DNA from: Macrostomum lignano
Lineage: Eukaryota
Direction: 5' to 3'
NCBI GenBank assembly: GCA_002269645.1
Contig: NIVC01000671.1
Coordinates: 1 to 64,000, forward strand
Length of the DNA: 64,000 nt
The position numbers were made by a program, and so were the translations under genes. The stretch's first letter is position 1. Each line of letters begins with the position of its first letter. The notes beneath the pieces are model-generated. The model did not search any database. It saw only the letters and a program-made list of their open reading frames with translations, and was not told the DNA's origin. Below, piece after piece: positions 43,543 to 56,159 of the stretch.

Positions 43543-46500
43543 GAGGACCCGGGACTGCGGGTTTCCACTTGCGGACTCGGCGGTGGACTCGTCGGGCATT
43601 GGCCAGGTGTGGCACAGCAGGGCGCACAGGAAGCTGGCGTAGGGCTGGCAGACGGGCTGGCGCAGCTGCAGCCGGACGGCCTTGTTGCCGGGCTCGGCCA
43701 GCGGCGAGTCGGCCAGGTGCTTAGGCAGGTAGCCGGACGAGCCTAAGCGCAGGCGGTACCAGCGGCCGGGCCGCAGCAGGACGGGCTTGGGCAGGTTGAT
43801 GGTGTAGTAGGGCACCAGCTGCTCGGGCTTGTAGGAGGCTTCGGTGCAGACGAACTTGGGCAGCGGGATGTCCTCCACATCGTCGCAGGCGGTCACAGAG
43901 ATGGAGACGAACGGCGGCTGGGCGGGCGGGCAGAGCGGCCGGAAAATCTCGCAGCCGCAGAGGACCAGGCGGCGGAGGGAGCGGAACTCGATGCAGCCCG
44001 ACAGGGGCACCGCGTGCGGCACCGGCTGCTCCGGCCGCCACAGGCTTGTGGAGTCGTATATGGTGACGGGCTCCACCTTCTGCGGGATGGGCGGCAGATG
44101 GCGGGCTGTGGCGAGACTGCGTGGCTGGCTGGGGGACCTCAGCGCCTCTCTCCTAGGCCCCTCTTTAGACCCCAGTCTCCCCCAGACCGGTCTCCTAGGG
44201 CTCCCAACAGACCACAGTCTCTTCTAGACCCTGTGCCTCCCGGACCCCACTTTCTCCCCAGTCTATCCAGAAACAAGTTCCAGACCCCAGTTTACCCATA
44301 CCGCAGTCTACCTAGACCCCAGTCTCCCCAAACCCAGTCTACCCATACCGCAGTCTACCCATACTGCAGTCTACCCATACCGCAGTCTACCCATACCGCA
44401 GTCTACCTAGACCCCAGTTCCAGACCCCAGTCTCTCCCAGAAGTGACAGCAGCAGGGGCAGCACTAACCAGCGAGTCGGGATTGATGCGGCGAGGCCACT
44501 CGCGACAGCTGTCATCTCTCTGCGCGCGGCGGGTGAAGGCTTCCAGAAGCTGCTGATCGTTGAGCAGCCCGCTGGGCGCGGCCAGGTCGGTCAGCTGCCG
44601 CCGGGTCATGTAGGAGAACCGGACGCAGGCCAGGAGCTCGGCGCGGATGTCGGAAGCCTGCGGCAGAAAATGAATTCAGTCACAGTTTTGCTGTTTACAG
44701 ACAAGTCCAGGATATTCACTGAGTCCCGCCCCGCTCACCTCCAGCGCCTGAAGCCGCGCCGCCGGCTGCTTTGACTGGAGTCCCTGGCGCAAGCACTCGG
44801 CGTCCACCCAGTCGATGAGGCAGTTGAGAACCTCCGCCTCCGTGCAGGGCAGATAGTCCTGCAATGGGATTTGCTTGGATTAGGAATCGAGATGGGGATT
44901 TATCTCTCATTTGCAGGAAAGCAATAACCAAGACATGTGGACCTCGGTGACAGACACAGGCGCTAAACATTGTGGCACCTGTGCAATAATAAGCCTGAGT
45001 GCGGTCTACAGGCTGTCATGTACATTTAGGAGTTACAGGAGCGGACAAGCGAAATTCAATGGAAATCAGCGATTTCAACCTCTGGTGCGGGCTCAGCGGT
45101 TAACGAACAGCGATCCTGAGCTAATTAGAGATCCAAGCGGCTCACAGATTACAGCAGTGAGACCTCAGGTGAATGCTAATTTAGAACTCAGCTAATTAGA
45201 GATCCAAGCGGCTCACAGATTACAGCAGTGAGACCTCAGGTGAATGCTAATTTAGAACTCAGCTAATTAGAGATGCAAGCGGCTCACAGAGGACAGCAGT
45301 GAGACCTCAGGTGAATGCTAATTTAGAACTCAGCTAATTAGAGATGCAAGCGGCTCACAGAGGACAGCAGTGAGACCTCAGGTGAATGCTAATTTAGAAC
45401 TCAGCTAATTAGAGATGCAAGCGGCTCACAGAGGACAGCAGTGAGACCTCAGGTGAATGCTAATTTAGAACTCAGCTAATTAGAGATGCAAGCGGCTCAC
45501 AGAGGACAGCAGTGAGACCTCAGGTGAATGCTAATTTAGAATTCATCTAATTAGAGATGCAAGCGGCTCACAGAGGACAGCAGTGAGACCTCAGGTGAAT
45601 GCTAATTAAGAATTCATCTAATTAGAGATGCAAGCGGCTCACAGAGGACAGCAGTGAGACCTCAGGTGAATGCTAATTTAGAACTCAGCTAATTAGAGAT
45701 GCAAGCGGCTCACAGAGGACAGCAGTGAGACCTCAGGTGAATGCTAATTTAGAACTCAGCTAATTAGAGATGCAAGCGGCTCACAGAGGACAGCAGTGAG
45801 ACCTCAGGTGAATGCTAATTTAGAACTCAGCTAATTAGAGATGCAAGCGGCTCACAGAGGACAGCAGTGAGACCTCAGGTGAATGCTAATTTAGAACTCA
45901 GCTAATTAGAGATGCAAGCGGCTCACAGAGGACAGCAGTGAGACCTCAGGTGAATGCTAATTTAGAACTCAGCTAATTAGAGATGCAAGCGGCTCACAGA
46001 GGACAGCAGTGAGACCTCAGGTGAATGCTAATTTAGAATTCATCTAATTAGAGATGCAAGCGGCTCACAGAGGACAGCAGTGAGACCTCAGGTGAATGCT
46101 AATTTAGAATTCAGCTAATTAGAGATGCAAGCGGCTCACAGAGGACAGCAGTGCCACCACAGCCTCGGCGGAGCACTGTGGCAGACGGGGCGCCAGGAGG
46201 TCCCAGCACCTGCTGGCCCTGTCAAGGCACTCGCGCACAACATCCTGCGTCAAGGTACAGGCAGTTCTGCAGGATGTCCGGCAGGTTGTCAGACGAGATG
46301 GAGCCGACAAGGAAGCGGGAGCAGGCCTCGACCAGGCCCTGCAGCAGGTACTTCTTGGCCGCGTACAGCGTTTCAAACACACAGCTCTCGTTGATGCCGG
46401 ACACCGAGTCGGAGTAGGCATAGTCCAGCAGGTTCTGGAAGGCCTCGGTGTCGATGTCCTTCAGCTCGAAGCTGTCCTGGTTGGCTGACAGGTCGCTGCG

Positions 46501-46692
46501 GAACATGGCGGCAAACACGGGGCTGGCGGCGGCCAGGATCACCCGGTGGGCGGCGAACTCCTGCCGCTTGTCCGACACCAGGAAGCGGACGTCCGCGAAG
46601 TCCTGCTGGCGCAGCGAGACCAGCAGGCGCTGGTTCAGCGGCGAGTTGGGCATGACGGCTGCCAGCCACCTGGCGTGCTTGCTGACAAGCAT
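43540..46692 (-). CDS. BTB/POZ-BACK-PHR-like protein (BTBD1/2/3/6-like), ~466 aa. Exons 46692(or 46749)-46140, 44858-44739, 44657-44469, 44079-43540. One apparent frameshift at ~46248.
   Basis: BTB domain: ADVRFLV...FAAHRVILAAASPVFAAMF...AAKKYLLQGLVEAC. BACK domain: EAEVLNCLIDW...VRFSYMT. C-terminal IEFRS...INLPKPVLLRPGRWYRL is PHR-like. Phase-0 GT-AG introns. The frame switches between LYLD and QDVVREC. Confidence 0.85.
44150..44436. repeat. Degenerate CCCAGTCT / CGCAGTCTACCCATAC intronic repeat
   Basis: Short degenerate copies in BTB intron 3. Confidence 0.7.
45097..46152. repeat. 71-bp intronic tandem repeat, ~15 copies, each with 13 nt of exon end plus the GTGAGC donor (minus strand)
   Basis: Period 71 measured (45241, 45312, 45383). 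The terminal unit overlaps exon end 46140. Confidence 0.96.
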
Positions 46693-48343
46693 CAAATTGG
46701 GATTCCGGGTTTTCAGTCTGAATTTGTGAGCGGCGCGAGAAACTTGCACTGTGGCTCACAAAATGCATTGCGAAATACTCATAAGTATTGTGTGATTTGA
46801 AATTCGCATTCACTTGACTGCTGATATTGGTATGAGTAAACGAAGGGGGAAAAGGCCTATAGGGCAATGCCCTGATTGCTGCTTTAGCAACAAGCCAATT
46901 CATACTTGGCTTAAAAACAGACCAACAGGACTATAGGTGTTCTGATTTTTTAAACCAAAGGGAATGAATGAAAATGCCATGGTCGGTGTATATCAATTCA
47001 AGCTAGTTTTCACAAGTTGAGCATGCATATAGAGTAAAAAATTAAAAGCTATATGCATTATAACTTTAGAAAATCCAGTCTCCACTGAACAAGGTGTAAC
47101 CTAGGAATTGTTAGGTACGAGTATGGTAGGTCAAAGTGTATGCATTTTAAACATAGTTAAAAATTTTCATTTTTAGTTTATGGATTATAATATATTTAAC
47201 TAGCTACAGTATAAATTTTTATACTATAGATTGATATCACAGTGCACAAAAACACTATCAAAAGTACTTTGGCTTATGCTGAGGTCTGTCTATGCATATG
47301 CATAGGACAAGCACCCACATAGACTGAAAGTAGATAACTGCACTACTTTAAGGGATAAATTAGGCTTCAACAAATATAATTGGTTATCTTTTAGACAACA
47401 ATCCTTTAAATAACTGACAATCTCCTCCAATTAACACTGATTGAGATAGCAAAAAAAACATAAATTAAAGCAAAAGCTACTTTCAAAAGTGAAAAATACA
47501 TAAATCACAATTCCAATGCTCCAATACTCTGATACAATTGGTGATAACTTTTGGGTATTGTAGGAATGATAGCAGATAGTGCTCAGTAGCACAGCCAGAA
47601 ATTTCTAATTTGTTTAAGGAAGAAAACAGATATTGGAAGGTTAAGATCCAAGGGGTTTGGACAGATGGCTCCTTTTTGGTGTAAAATATACAAGAGGTCC
47701 AAAATGCACTCAGTGCACAATCACAGCAGAGATTGAGATCTTTAGTACATGTAGTGCATAACCTTTTTTGGCAAAATTGTTGTAAAACACACACACAATT
47801 ATTAGTTAATCTAACTTGTACTTTTTATATGTATAATTTCTACATATGTTTAACAGGCTTGTATTGTTCGCTTGAGCTAACCAGCGAGAATTTAAAATTT
47901 TAGTCCTCTAAAATTTTTCTAGTGTACACTATACCACCTTCTTGCCTATACTAGCTATAGGTCTTGCCTTTGATTTTTTCAGGTTTCTGCCTAACAGGAG
48001 GCAATGCCCTTAGCCATACCCCCTCTCCTAGTTACACCACTGATAGTGCTGCAAGGCTCTTGCTCTATATCCTATCAAAGTATAGGATTGCCAATACTTT
48101 ATTTTTAGGTCAATAAAGATCAAATAATTAGGCCTAGGAAAAATTAAATCAAATAATAAATACTTTCTTTCTTGAAACAAGTTTTATAATAAAAAATAGC
48201 TTTTGATATATTTAAAAATTAGTTTATGATTCGTGTTTACTATTGTAGTAATATTATTTATTTATTAGTTATTATTCACTATTTAGGCTTAGACCTAGTA
48301 CTAGTAGATGAATAGGCCTAGTCTATTGGCTATTTAACCAAGG

Positions 48344-49093
48344 TAGACAAATAGTCCTATAGACAAAGAGTCCTATAGACAAAGAGTCCTATAGACAAAT
48401 AGTCCTATAGACAAAGAGTCCTATAGACAAATAGTCCTATAGACAAATAGTCCTATAGACAAATAGTCCTATAGACAAATAGTCCTATAGACAAAGAGTC
48501 CTATAGACAAATAGTCCTATAGACAAATAGTCCTATAGACAAAGAGTCCTATAGACAAATAGTCCTATAGACAAATAGTCCTATAGACAAAGAGTCCTAT
48601 AGACAAATAGTCCCATAGACAAATAGTCCTATAGACAAATAGTCCTATAGACAAAGAGTCCTATAGACAAATAGTCCCATAGACAAATAGTCCTATAGAC
48701 AAATAGTCCTATAGACAAAGAGTCCTATAGACAAATAGTCCTATAGACAAATAGTCCTATAGACAAAGAGTCCTATAGACAAATAGTCCTATAGACAAAG
48801 AGTCCTATAGACAAAGAGTCCTATAGACAAATAGTCCCATAGACAAATAGTCCTATAGACAAATAGTCCTATAGACAAAGAGTCCTATAGACAAATAGTC
48901 CTATAGACAAATAGTCCTATAGACAAAGAGTCCTATAGACAAATAGTCCTATAGACAAATAGTCCTATAGACAAAGAGTCCTATAGACAAATAGTCCTAT
49001 AGACAAATAGTCCTATAGACAAATAGTCCTATAGACAAATAGTCCTATAGACAAATAGTCCCATAGACAAATAGTCCTATAGACAAATAGTCC
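48344..49093. repeat. 16-bp satellite GTCCTATAGACAAA(T/G)A, ~46 copies
   Basis: Directly visible. Confidence 0.97.
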
Positions 49094-51277
49094 TAGATCC
49101 TATTCTGTCAACCAATGCCTATACTTTGTTGACCCAAATGACCAAACCCTATACAATCACAATTTATAAGCACAATTAAAAATATGCCTATATGTTATAT
49201 ATCACACCATACGAAGGCCAAGTTCAAAAACATATCTAGGCCTAGCAAATAGCAATGGCTTCTTCAATTTGCGCCTGAACAAGTGCCTTTTATGCTATCT
49301 CTACCTAGAGTTTTTTGGCAACTTCCACTACCAGGTTGTCCACTAATAATAATATGGTTCAAGGAGGTCTTTGAATTATAGACTTTTGATTGCTATAGAC
49401 TAACTTGGTTTAATCTGGTTTATAGTTTTTTATTGTAAAAAATTTATTGTGAGAAACTTTATATGGGATTATACCAATTTCAAATCATCAGTTCATTGGG
49501 AAAATTTAAAAAAATTAAATTACCCTTTGAAAAATTGGCCCAAATTTTTGCCCAAAAACATATGAAATTGGGCCCAGAACTTTAAATTTTGCAGGTGAAA
49601 ACTAAAAAGTGGTCAATTTACCCGGAAAAGCACGCTGACAAAATGGTTGAAACAAAATTGGGCAAAAAAGCGGGACTTCCGCCCAGAAAGCGGGGAAAGC
49701 AGAAACCCAGATGTTTGGGTCTCTAGCCCATTTTTTTCTAAAAGTGTGTCCTGATGGACTTTGATGTGACAATGTAGATTAAAAATGGGTTTAATCAATA
49801 TAGCTAAACGAGTAGGAAGCTAGGTGCCTAGGTTCCAAGATTCAACCATACATGTATGTTTACTATTTTAAAAAGTACAATTATAGGACAGTTGATATAT
49901 CGATAACAAATTATGGGAAATAATTTGTCGAAATCATTTACAGTTGCTTACTATAAATACCTATTTCTGAATAAGCTATTTACAGGCTAAATTTTTTTTA
50001 TTAAGTATTTGCTGTGCTTTTCACTCTTTCATTGCGCTGACCAATGTGAAAAAAGCTAGGAAACTATTTGGTTTGTTTTTTGTTACTCAAAAAATATTTA
50101 AATTTCAGATGCCACGTTTTCACAACTTTGATATTTTATGTGCTAGCTAGTGAAGTGTGTTTTGTTACTTTTGTATTAATTTATCATAATCTAACAGACA
50201 AAGTTTATTTAACTTCAAAAATAGTCAATGTGAGTTATTTCACTAAATGAGTCAATAGCAAGGACTGACCTCCTGCCCCTGCCCTGGTTCAGGAATTGGC
50301 AACCACATAGTAAATTATAATTTAATTAAGTCCAGTCTCAACAGGCCTAATAATAATCTTGGATGATAAATATAATATTGATTTGTTATAATGAAATCAA
50401 TCAGTCTGCACTATATATAAGCAAAAAACCATTATACTAAAAGTGGTCTATATGTCTGTGTGTGATCGATTTTAGCAAAAATTAAAATAGCTGTTGTCAA
50501 TTGCTAGCAGTTAGCCTATTTGTTTATTACTTAGTTAGTAAAACCAGAAAATAATTTAGAAAACTTATCCTAATTAATATTTCACCTATAATAAATATAA
50601 GTATTGTATATGAGCACAGAGAGCTTGCTGAATGGTAAAAAGTTTTAGAACATAAGTAAGAAATCAGTTTAAAAAATCATTTATAAAGTCCATATATAAA
50701 ACTCTGAGTAATTTTTGCTTTTTCAAGTTTGTAGAGTCCATATAGTACTTTTTAGAAAGCTATGTATTCACATTGTTTTTTAATCTGTATGCTTTTTTGT
50801 ATTTTATTAAATATAATTTTTAGAACTTATTATATTCTAAGGGAATCTAAAGTCTAGAACTGAGTATTTTACAAGGAAGCTAATAACTTGAAAAAGTTTT
50901 GCAATTTAACATATTCCCAGAGATAGAGGACCTTTATATCTTATAAATAAAGCCTTCTTTTTGCTCTTATATGAATTTTTTAGATCTAATCATCTGAATA
51001 TGTTTTGTAGAATAAACATTTACCATCAGATTTAACATTCTAAGCACTGTACTTATACCATTATAATTAAGGAAAATTATTAATAATCAATTTAGTTGCC
51101 TTTTAATTTAGGTTTAGATTTTATTGCTCAATAAACAGAATTTTAGCATCATCATACCATGCTCCTAAGACATTTATGCTATGTATACATGCCCCTTAGC
51201 CAAGTTTTCCTCTGGCCATTAATGTCTGATGACCTTGGGACTGCTAAGCGTTGTCGCCGGGACTATGCCGTGCACTA

Positions 51278-51650
51278 CAGGACTAGTGTTAGGCGACATA
51301 CTCCAGCCCAGGACTGGTGTTGGCGGCATACTCCAGCCCAAGACTGGTGTTAGGCGACATACTCCAGCCCAGGACTAGTGTTAGACAGCATACTCCAGCC
51401 CAGGACTGGTGTTAGGCGACATACTCTAGCCCAGGACTGGTGTTAGGTGACATACTCCAGCCTAGGACTAGTGTTAGGCGACATACTCCAGCCTAGGACT
51501 GGTGTTAGGCAACATACTCCAGCCCAGGACTGGTGTTAGGCAACATACTCCAGCCTAGGACTGGTGTTAGGCAACATACTCCAGCCCAGGACTGGTGTTA
51601 GGCAACATACTCCAGCCTAGGACTGGTGTTAGGCAACATACTCCAGCCCA
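51278..51650. repeat. 31-bp minisatellite GGACTGGTGTTAGGCGACATACTCCAGCCCA
   Basis: ~12 tandem copies. Confidence 0.93.
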
Positions 51651-53254
51651 AACAGTCTATTTTAAAGTCATATAAAAACACAAAATCTGAGCTGCAGCGT
51701 GCCTACTCCCAATGCCGAGAGGGCCTTACCAAGAAAGACCAGCATTGCTAGAAAGGCGACGAAGACCAAAACAGGTGATGTTTTCATTTTTTTTGTATTG
51801 TAGTATTGTTTAAAATGTTATTGACACTTTTCTGCAACTGTGCCCCCTTCTACTCCAGATGCGCTGCTTTGAGTGGCTGGCCAGCCAGCTAGCCTAACTG
51901 GTGCTGCAGCATCTCAGCTACCAGAATCTGCTGTTATGCCACCTAGCACCAGGCTCACGACCAGTGACACCACTGACATGTTCAATCAAGCGTAGTATCG
52001 CATCCTGTTGCTCGCTGAGTTATAAATCTATCCTTAAACTTTGAACTTATGAATTTCTATTGCATTTGATTTTGTTCTACACTGATTTGTTTTTTTTCAT
52101 TGCTTCGTAATGTGGCTGCGACTGGGAGGGAGGGATCTCGAAGTCACCTTAATTTGCACCAGACCCCATTACTGATCTCGGTTCTTCCTATCTTTCCAAA
52201 TATTGCTATTTCCCCCTCACATTGTTTCTCTCCTTTCTCCATGGTCGTGCTAATACTTTTCCTATCTTAGCTATTTCACATGTGCATTCTGTGTGCACCC
52301 CTCTCCTTGCACTCTATGCCTTAGATCTACCTCTTTTCAGTCACAAATGTACTAGTATATTTGGTCATTTCTTAGCTGCAAATGCCCTATAAATAGTTAG
52401 TTATTTCTCCCTTTTATGGTTTTCTTCAGAATTGCTCTACGTCAAGCCCCTTCATGTTATCTTCTTTACAACTTTGTTTGTTTCTGTTTCAATTCTTTTC
52501 TTAACCCTCCTTTGCTTTTATTACTTTTATGCTTTACTGCTTTTGCTTATTGAATGTATTGAATGCATTCATTAAATATTTAAATAAACTATCACGCACA
52601 CTTTTTTATTATATGGCCAAGTTTAAACATTTCTATCTAGATCTAGATTTCTCTTTGAATCCCTCCAGAATTGCCTTATTTTTCTTCTAGATACATGTAG
52701 CTCTCTTGGAGGGGGTCATTTAGTTTGTACATGCAAAATCTTCATATTCAACTAGATACAAGTTTTGCAGTATGAAAAGTGGCATTCACCATAAAGTTTA
52801 TGCCCTCTAAAAATGTACTATAATATTGTGCACTATTACTAAGACCAAAAGCAGGAAATATGACCAGCTCTTTGGGCCGGATTTGCAAGCAAAATATTGG
52901 TTAACTGGCCCGGATTTTTTGGCGCAAAATAATTCTGGGTGAATCGCCCATAAATATTTGGGTATAAATGCAGGTGCATGCACGGGTGCATTGCCCGAAA
53001 AATGAACTTTTTGTAACAATTTCGGGCCAGTAGCCCGGCAATTTTTACACCTGCAAAGTGCTCACGATTTTGGGTGAAGAGTAGGGTGAAAATTCGGGTT
53101 AATTTTTCATAAGGTATAAACATAACAAATAACAAATGACTTGATGGCATTGTGACAGTTGGAATAGGCCTTATACCATTTGACAAAAAAGCCTGCTTAG
53201 AAAAAAAATATTGGCATAAAGCAAATCCTATATACTAAAATTGTTCTGTCTGTG

Positions 53255-53287
<33 letters not shown>

Positions 53288-53867
53288 GTGATCGATTAGA
53301 GAAAAAATGGCTGGACCGATTTTGTTCAAACTTGCACTGTTCGATCAGAAATTTTTCCGTGACTGTACATGCATCGCGGCTAAGAAATTGCTCGATGCTA
53401 AAGGCATTAAATATTCGAAAAACATGCTTTTTTGCAAAGGTCAAGCAAACTTTTCGACTTGAAATGCATTGTAAGAATGCTAGAGAAAAAACTGACTGGT
53501 TGAATTCTGGTTCTGAAATAGATTGCATCATCACTGAATTGTAACTCCGACTTGAATTGAAAATGCAGTGTGGAAGCGTAGCACCAGACTTGATTTAAAT
53601 TGCGTAACCATATTGTTAACTGATACTGACTGACTGAGAAACTGATTATGTCATAACTGCTTCGTGTGATTTACTCTATGCTTGGATTTTAAACTGTTGA
53701 ATTATATATATATATAAGTGCAAAATTTGATGTTATCAAAAAGATGAGAACTAGCCTAGAGGTGAACAGACTGAACTGCTAAATGCAGCGACGATGGTTC
53801 GAATTTTCATAGAGTATAATTTTTTTAATTAAAGCTTTTCAACGTCAGGAAAACTAAAAGACTTTTT

Positions 53868-56125
53868 AAAAAGAAGCGTCATGTAAAAATCATAGTAGCG
53901 TCATGTAAAAAATCGTAGAAGCGTCATATAAAAAATTATAGAAGCGTCATATAAAAATCATAGATGCGTCATTTAAAAAATCATAGAAGCATCATATAAA
54001 AATCATAGATGCGTCATTTAAAAAACCATAGAAGCATCATGTAAACAATCATAGAAGCGTCATTTAAAAAATCATAGAAGCATCATATAAAAATCATAGA
54101 TGCGTCATTTAAAAAATCATAGAAGCATCATGTAAACAATCATAGAAGCGTCATTTAAAAAAATCATAGAAGCGTCATATAAAAATCATAAATGCGTCAT
54201 TTAAAAAATCATGGAAGCGTCATGTAAACAATCATAGAAGCGTCATGTGAAAATCATAGAAGCGTCACGTAAAGAATCATAGAAGCGTCATGTAAACAAT
54301 CATAGAAGCGTCATGTAAACAATCATAGAAGCGTCATGTAAAAAATCATAGAAGCGTCATGTAAACAATTATAGAAGCGTCATGTAAAAAAATCATAGAA
54401 GCGTCATGTAAACAATCATAGAAGCGTCATGTAAACAATCATAGAAGCGTCATGTAAACAATCATAGAAGCGTCATGTAAAAAATCGTAGAAGCGTCATT
54501 TAAAAAATCATAGAAGCGTCATGCAAAAATCATAGATGCGTCATTTAAAAAATCATGGAAGCGTCATGTAAACAATCATAGAAGCGTCATGTAAAAAATC
54601 ATAGAAGCGTCATATAAAAATCATAGATGCATCATTTAAAAAAATCATAGAAGCGTCATATAAAAAATCATAGAAGCGTCATGTAAAAATCATAGAAGCG
54701 TCATGTAAACAACCATAGAAGCGTCATGTAAAAAATCATAGAAGAGTCATGTAAACAATCATAGAAGCGTCATGTAAGCAATCATAGAAGCGTCATGTAA
54801 ACAATCATAGAAGCGTCATGTAAACAATCATAGAAGCGTCATGTAAGCAATCATAAAAGCATCATGTAAACAATCATAGAAGCGTCATGTAAACAATCAC
54901 AGAAGCGTCATGAAAAAATCATAGAAGCGTCATGTAAACAATCATAGAAGCGTCATGTAAACAATCATAGAAGCGTCATGTAAAAAAATCATAGTAGCGT
55001 CATGTAAACAATCATAGAAGCGTCATGTAAAGAATCATAGAAGCGTCATGTAAAAAAATCATAGATGCGTCATTTAAAAAATCATAGAAGCATCATGTAA
55101 ACAATCATAGAAGCGTCATTTAAAAAAATCATAGAAGCGTCATATAAAAATCATAGATGCGTCATTTAAAAAATCATAGAAGCGTCATGTGAAAATCATA
55201 AAAGCGTCACGTAAAGAATCATAGAAGCGTCATGTAAACAATCATAGAAGCGTCATGTAAACAATCATAGAAGCGTCATGTAAACAATCATAGAAGCGTC
55301 ATGTAAAAAATCATAGAAGCGTCATGTAAACAATCATATAAGCGTCATGTAAACAATCATAGAAGCGTCATTTAAAAAATCATAGAAGCGTCATGTAAAC
55401 AAACGATGCTTCTATGATTTTTCACATGACGCTTCTATGATTTTTTACATGACGCTTCTATGATTTTTACATTTATGTAATTTATGTAAAAAATCATAGA
55501 AGCGTCATGTAAAAAATCATAGAAGCATCGTGTAAACAATCATAGAAGCGTCATGTAAAAAATCATAGAAGCGTCATGTAAAAAATCATAGAAGCGTCAT
55601 CTAAAACATCATAAAAGCGTCATGTAAAAAATCGTAGAAGCGTCATTTAAAAAATCATAGAAGCGTCATATAAACAATCATAGAAGCGCCATGTAAACAA
55701 TCATAGAAGCGCCATGTAAAAATCATAGAAGCATCGTGTAAACAATCATAGAAGCGTCATGTAAAAAATCGTAAGAGCGTAATATAAAAATCATAGAAGC
55801 GTCATTTAAAAAATCATAGAAGCGTCATGTAAACAATCATAGAAGCGTCATGTTAAAAATCATAGAAGCGTCATGTAAAAAATCATAGAAGCGTCATGTA
55901 AACAATCATAGAAGCGTCATTTTAAAAATCATAGAAGCGTCATGTTAAAAATCATATAAGCGTCATGTAAACAATCATCGAAGCGTCATCTAAAAATCAT
56001 AGAAGCGTCATGTAAAAAATCATAGAATCGTCATGAAAAAATCATAGAAGCGTCATTTAAAAACTAATGAAAGTGTCATTTAAAAAATTAAGAAGCATCA
56101 TAGTAGAATAAAAGAAGCGTCATGT
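53868..56125. repeat. ~23-bp AT-rich satellite AGAAGCGTCATGTAAA(C/A)AATCAT, ~95 copies, with an internal inversion at ~55403-55472
   Basis: Directly visible; the inverted copies read ATGCTTCTATGATTTTT. Confidence 0.96.
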
Positions 56126-56159
56126 CAGACATGAAAGGTGTCATGGAAAAATTAAATGC

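Noticed and set aside
42432-43724. 430-aa GGQQTR-repeat ORF
   Set aside because: 18-bp satellite, antisense to the BTB gene end; no independent coding evidence.
1678-46152. Shared CAGCT/GCTG 'chi-like' core across many minisatellites
   Set aside because: Such short motifs are expected in this GC-rich context; not distinguishable from chance by eye.
47090-48042. Possible hAT-like MITE (CAAGGTGTAACCTAGG ... CCTAGTTACACCACTG)
   Set aside because: Partial TIR similarity but no matching 8-bp TSD; too weak to call.
49500-53170. GCCC/CGGG-rich patches at ~49520-49790 and ~52860-53100 as transposon ends
   Set aside because: They resemble subterminal repeats, but no TIR/TSD pair could be fixed.
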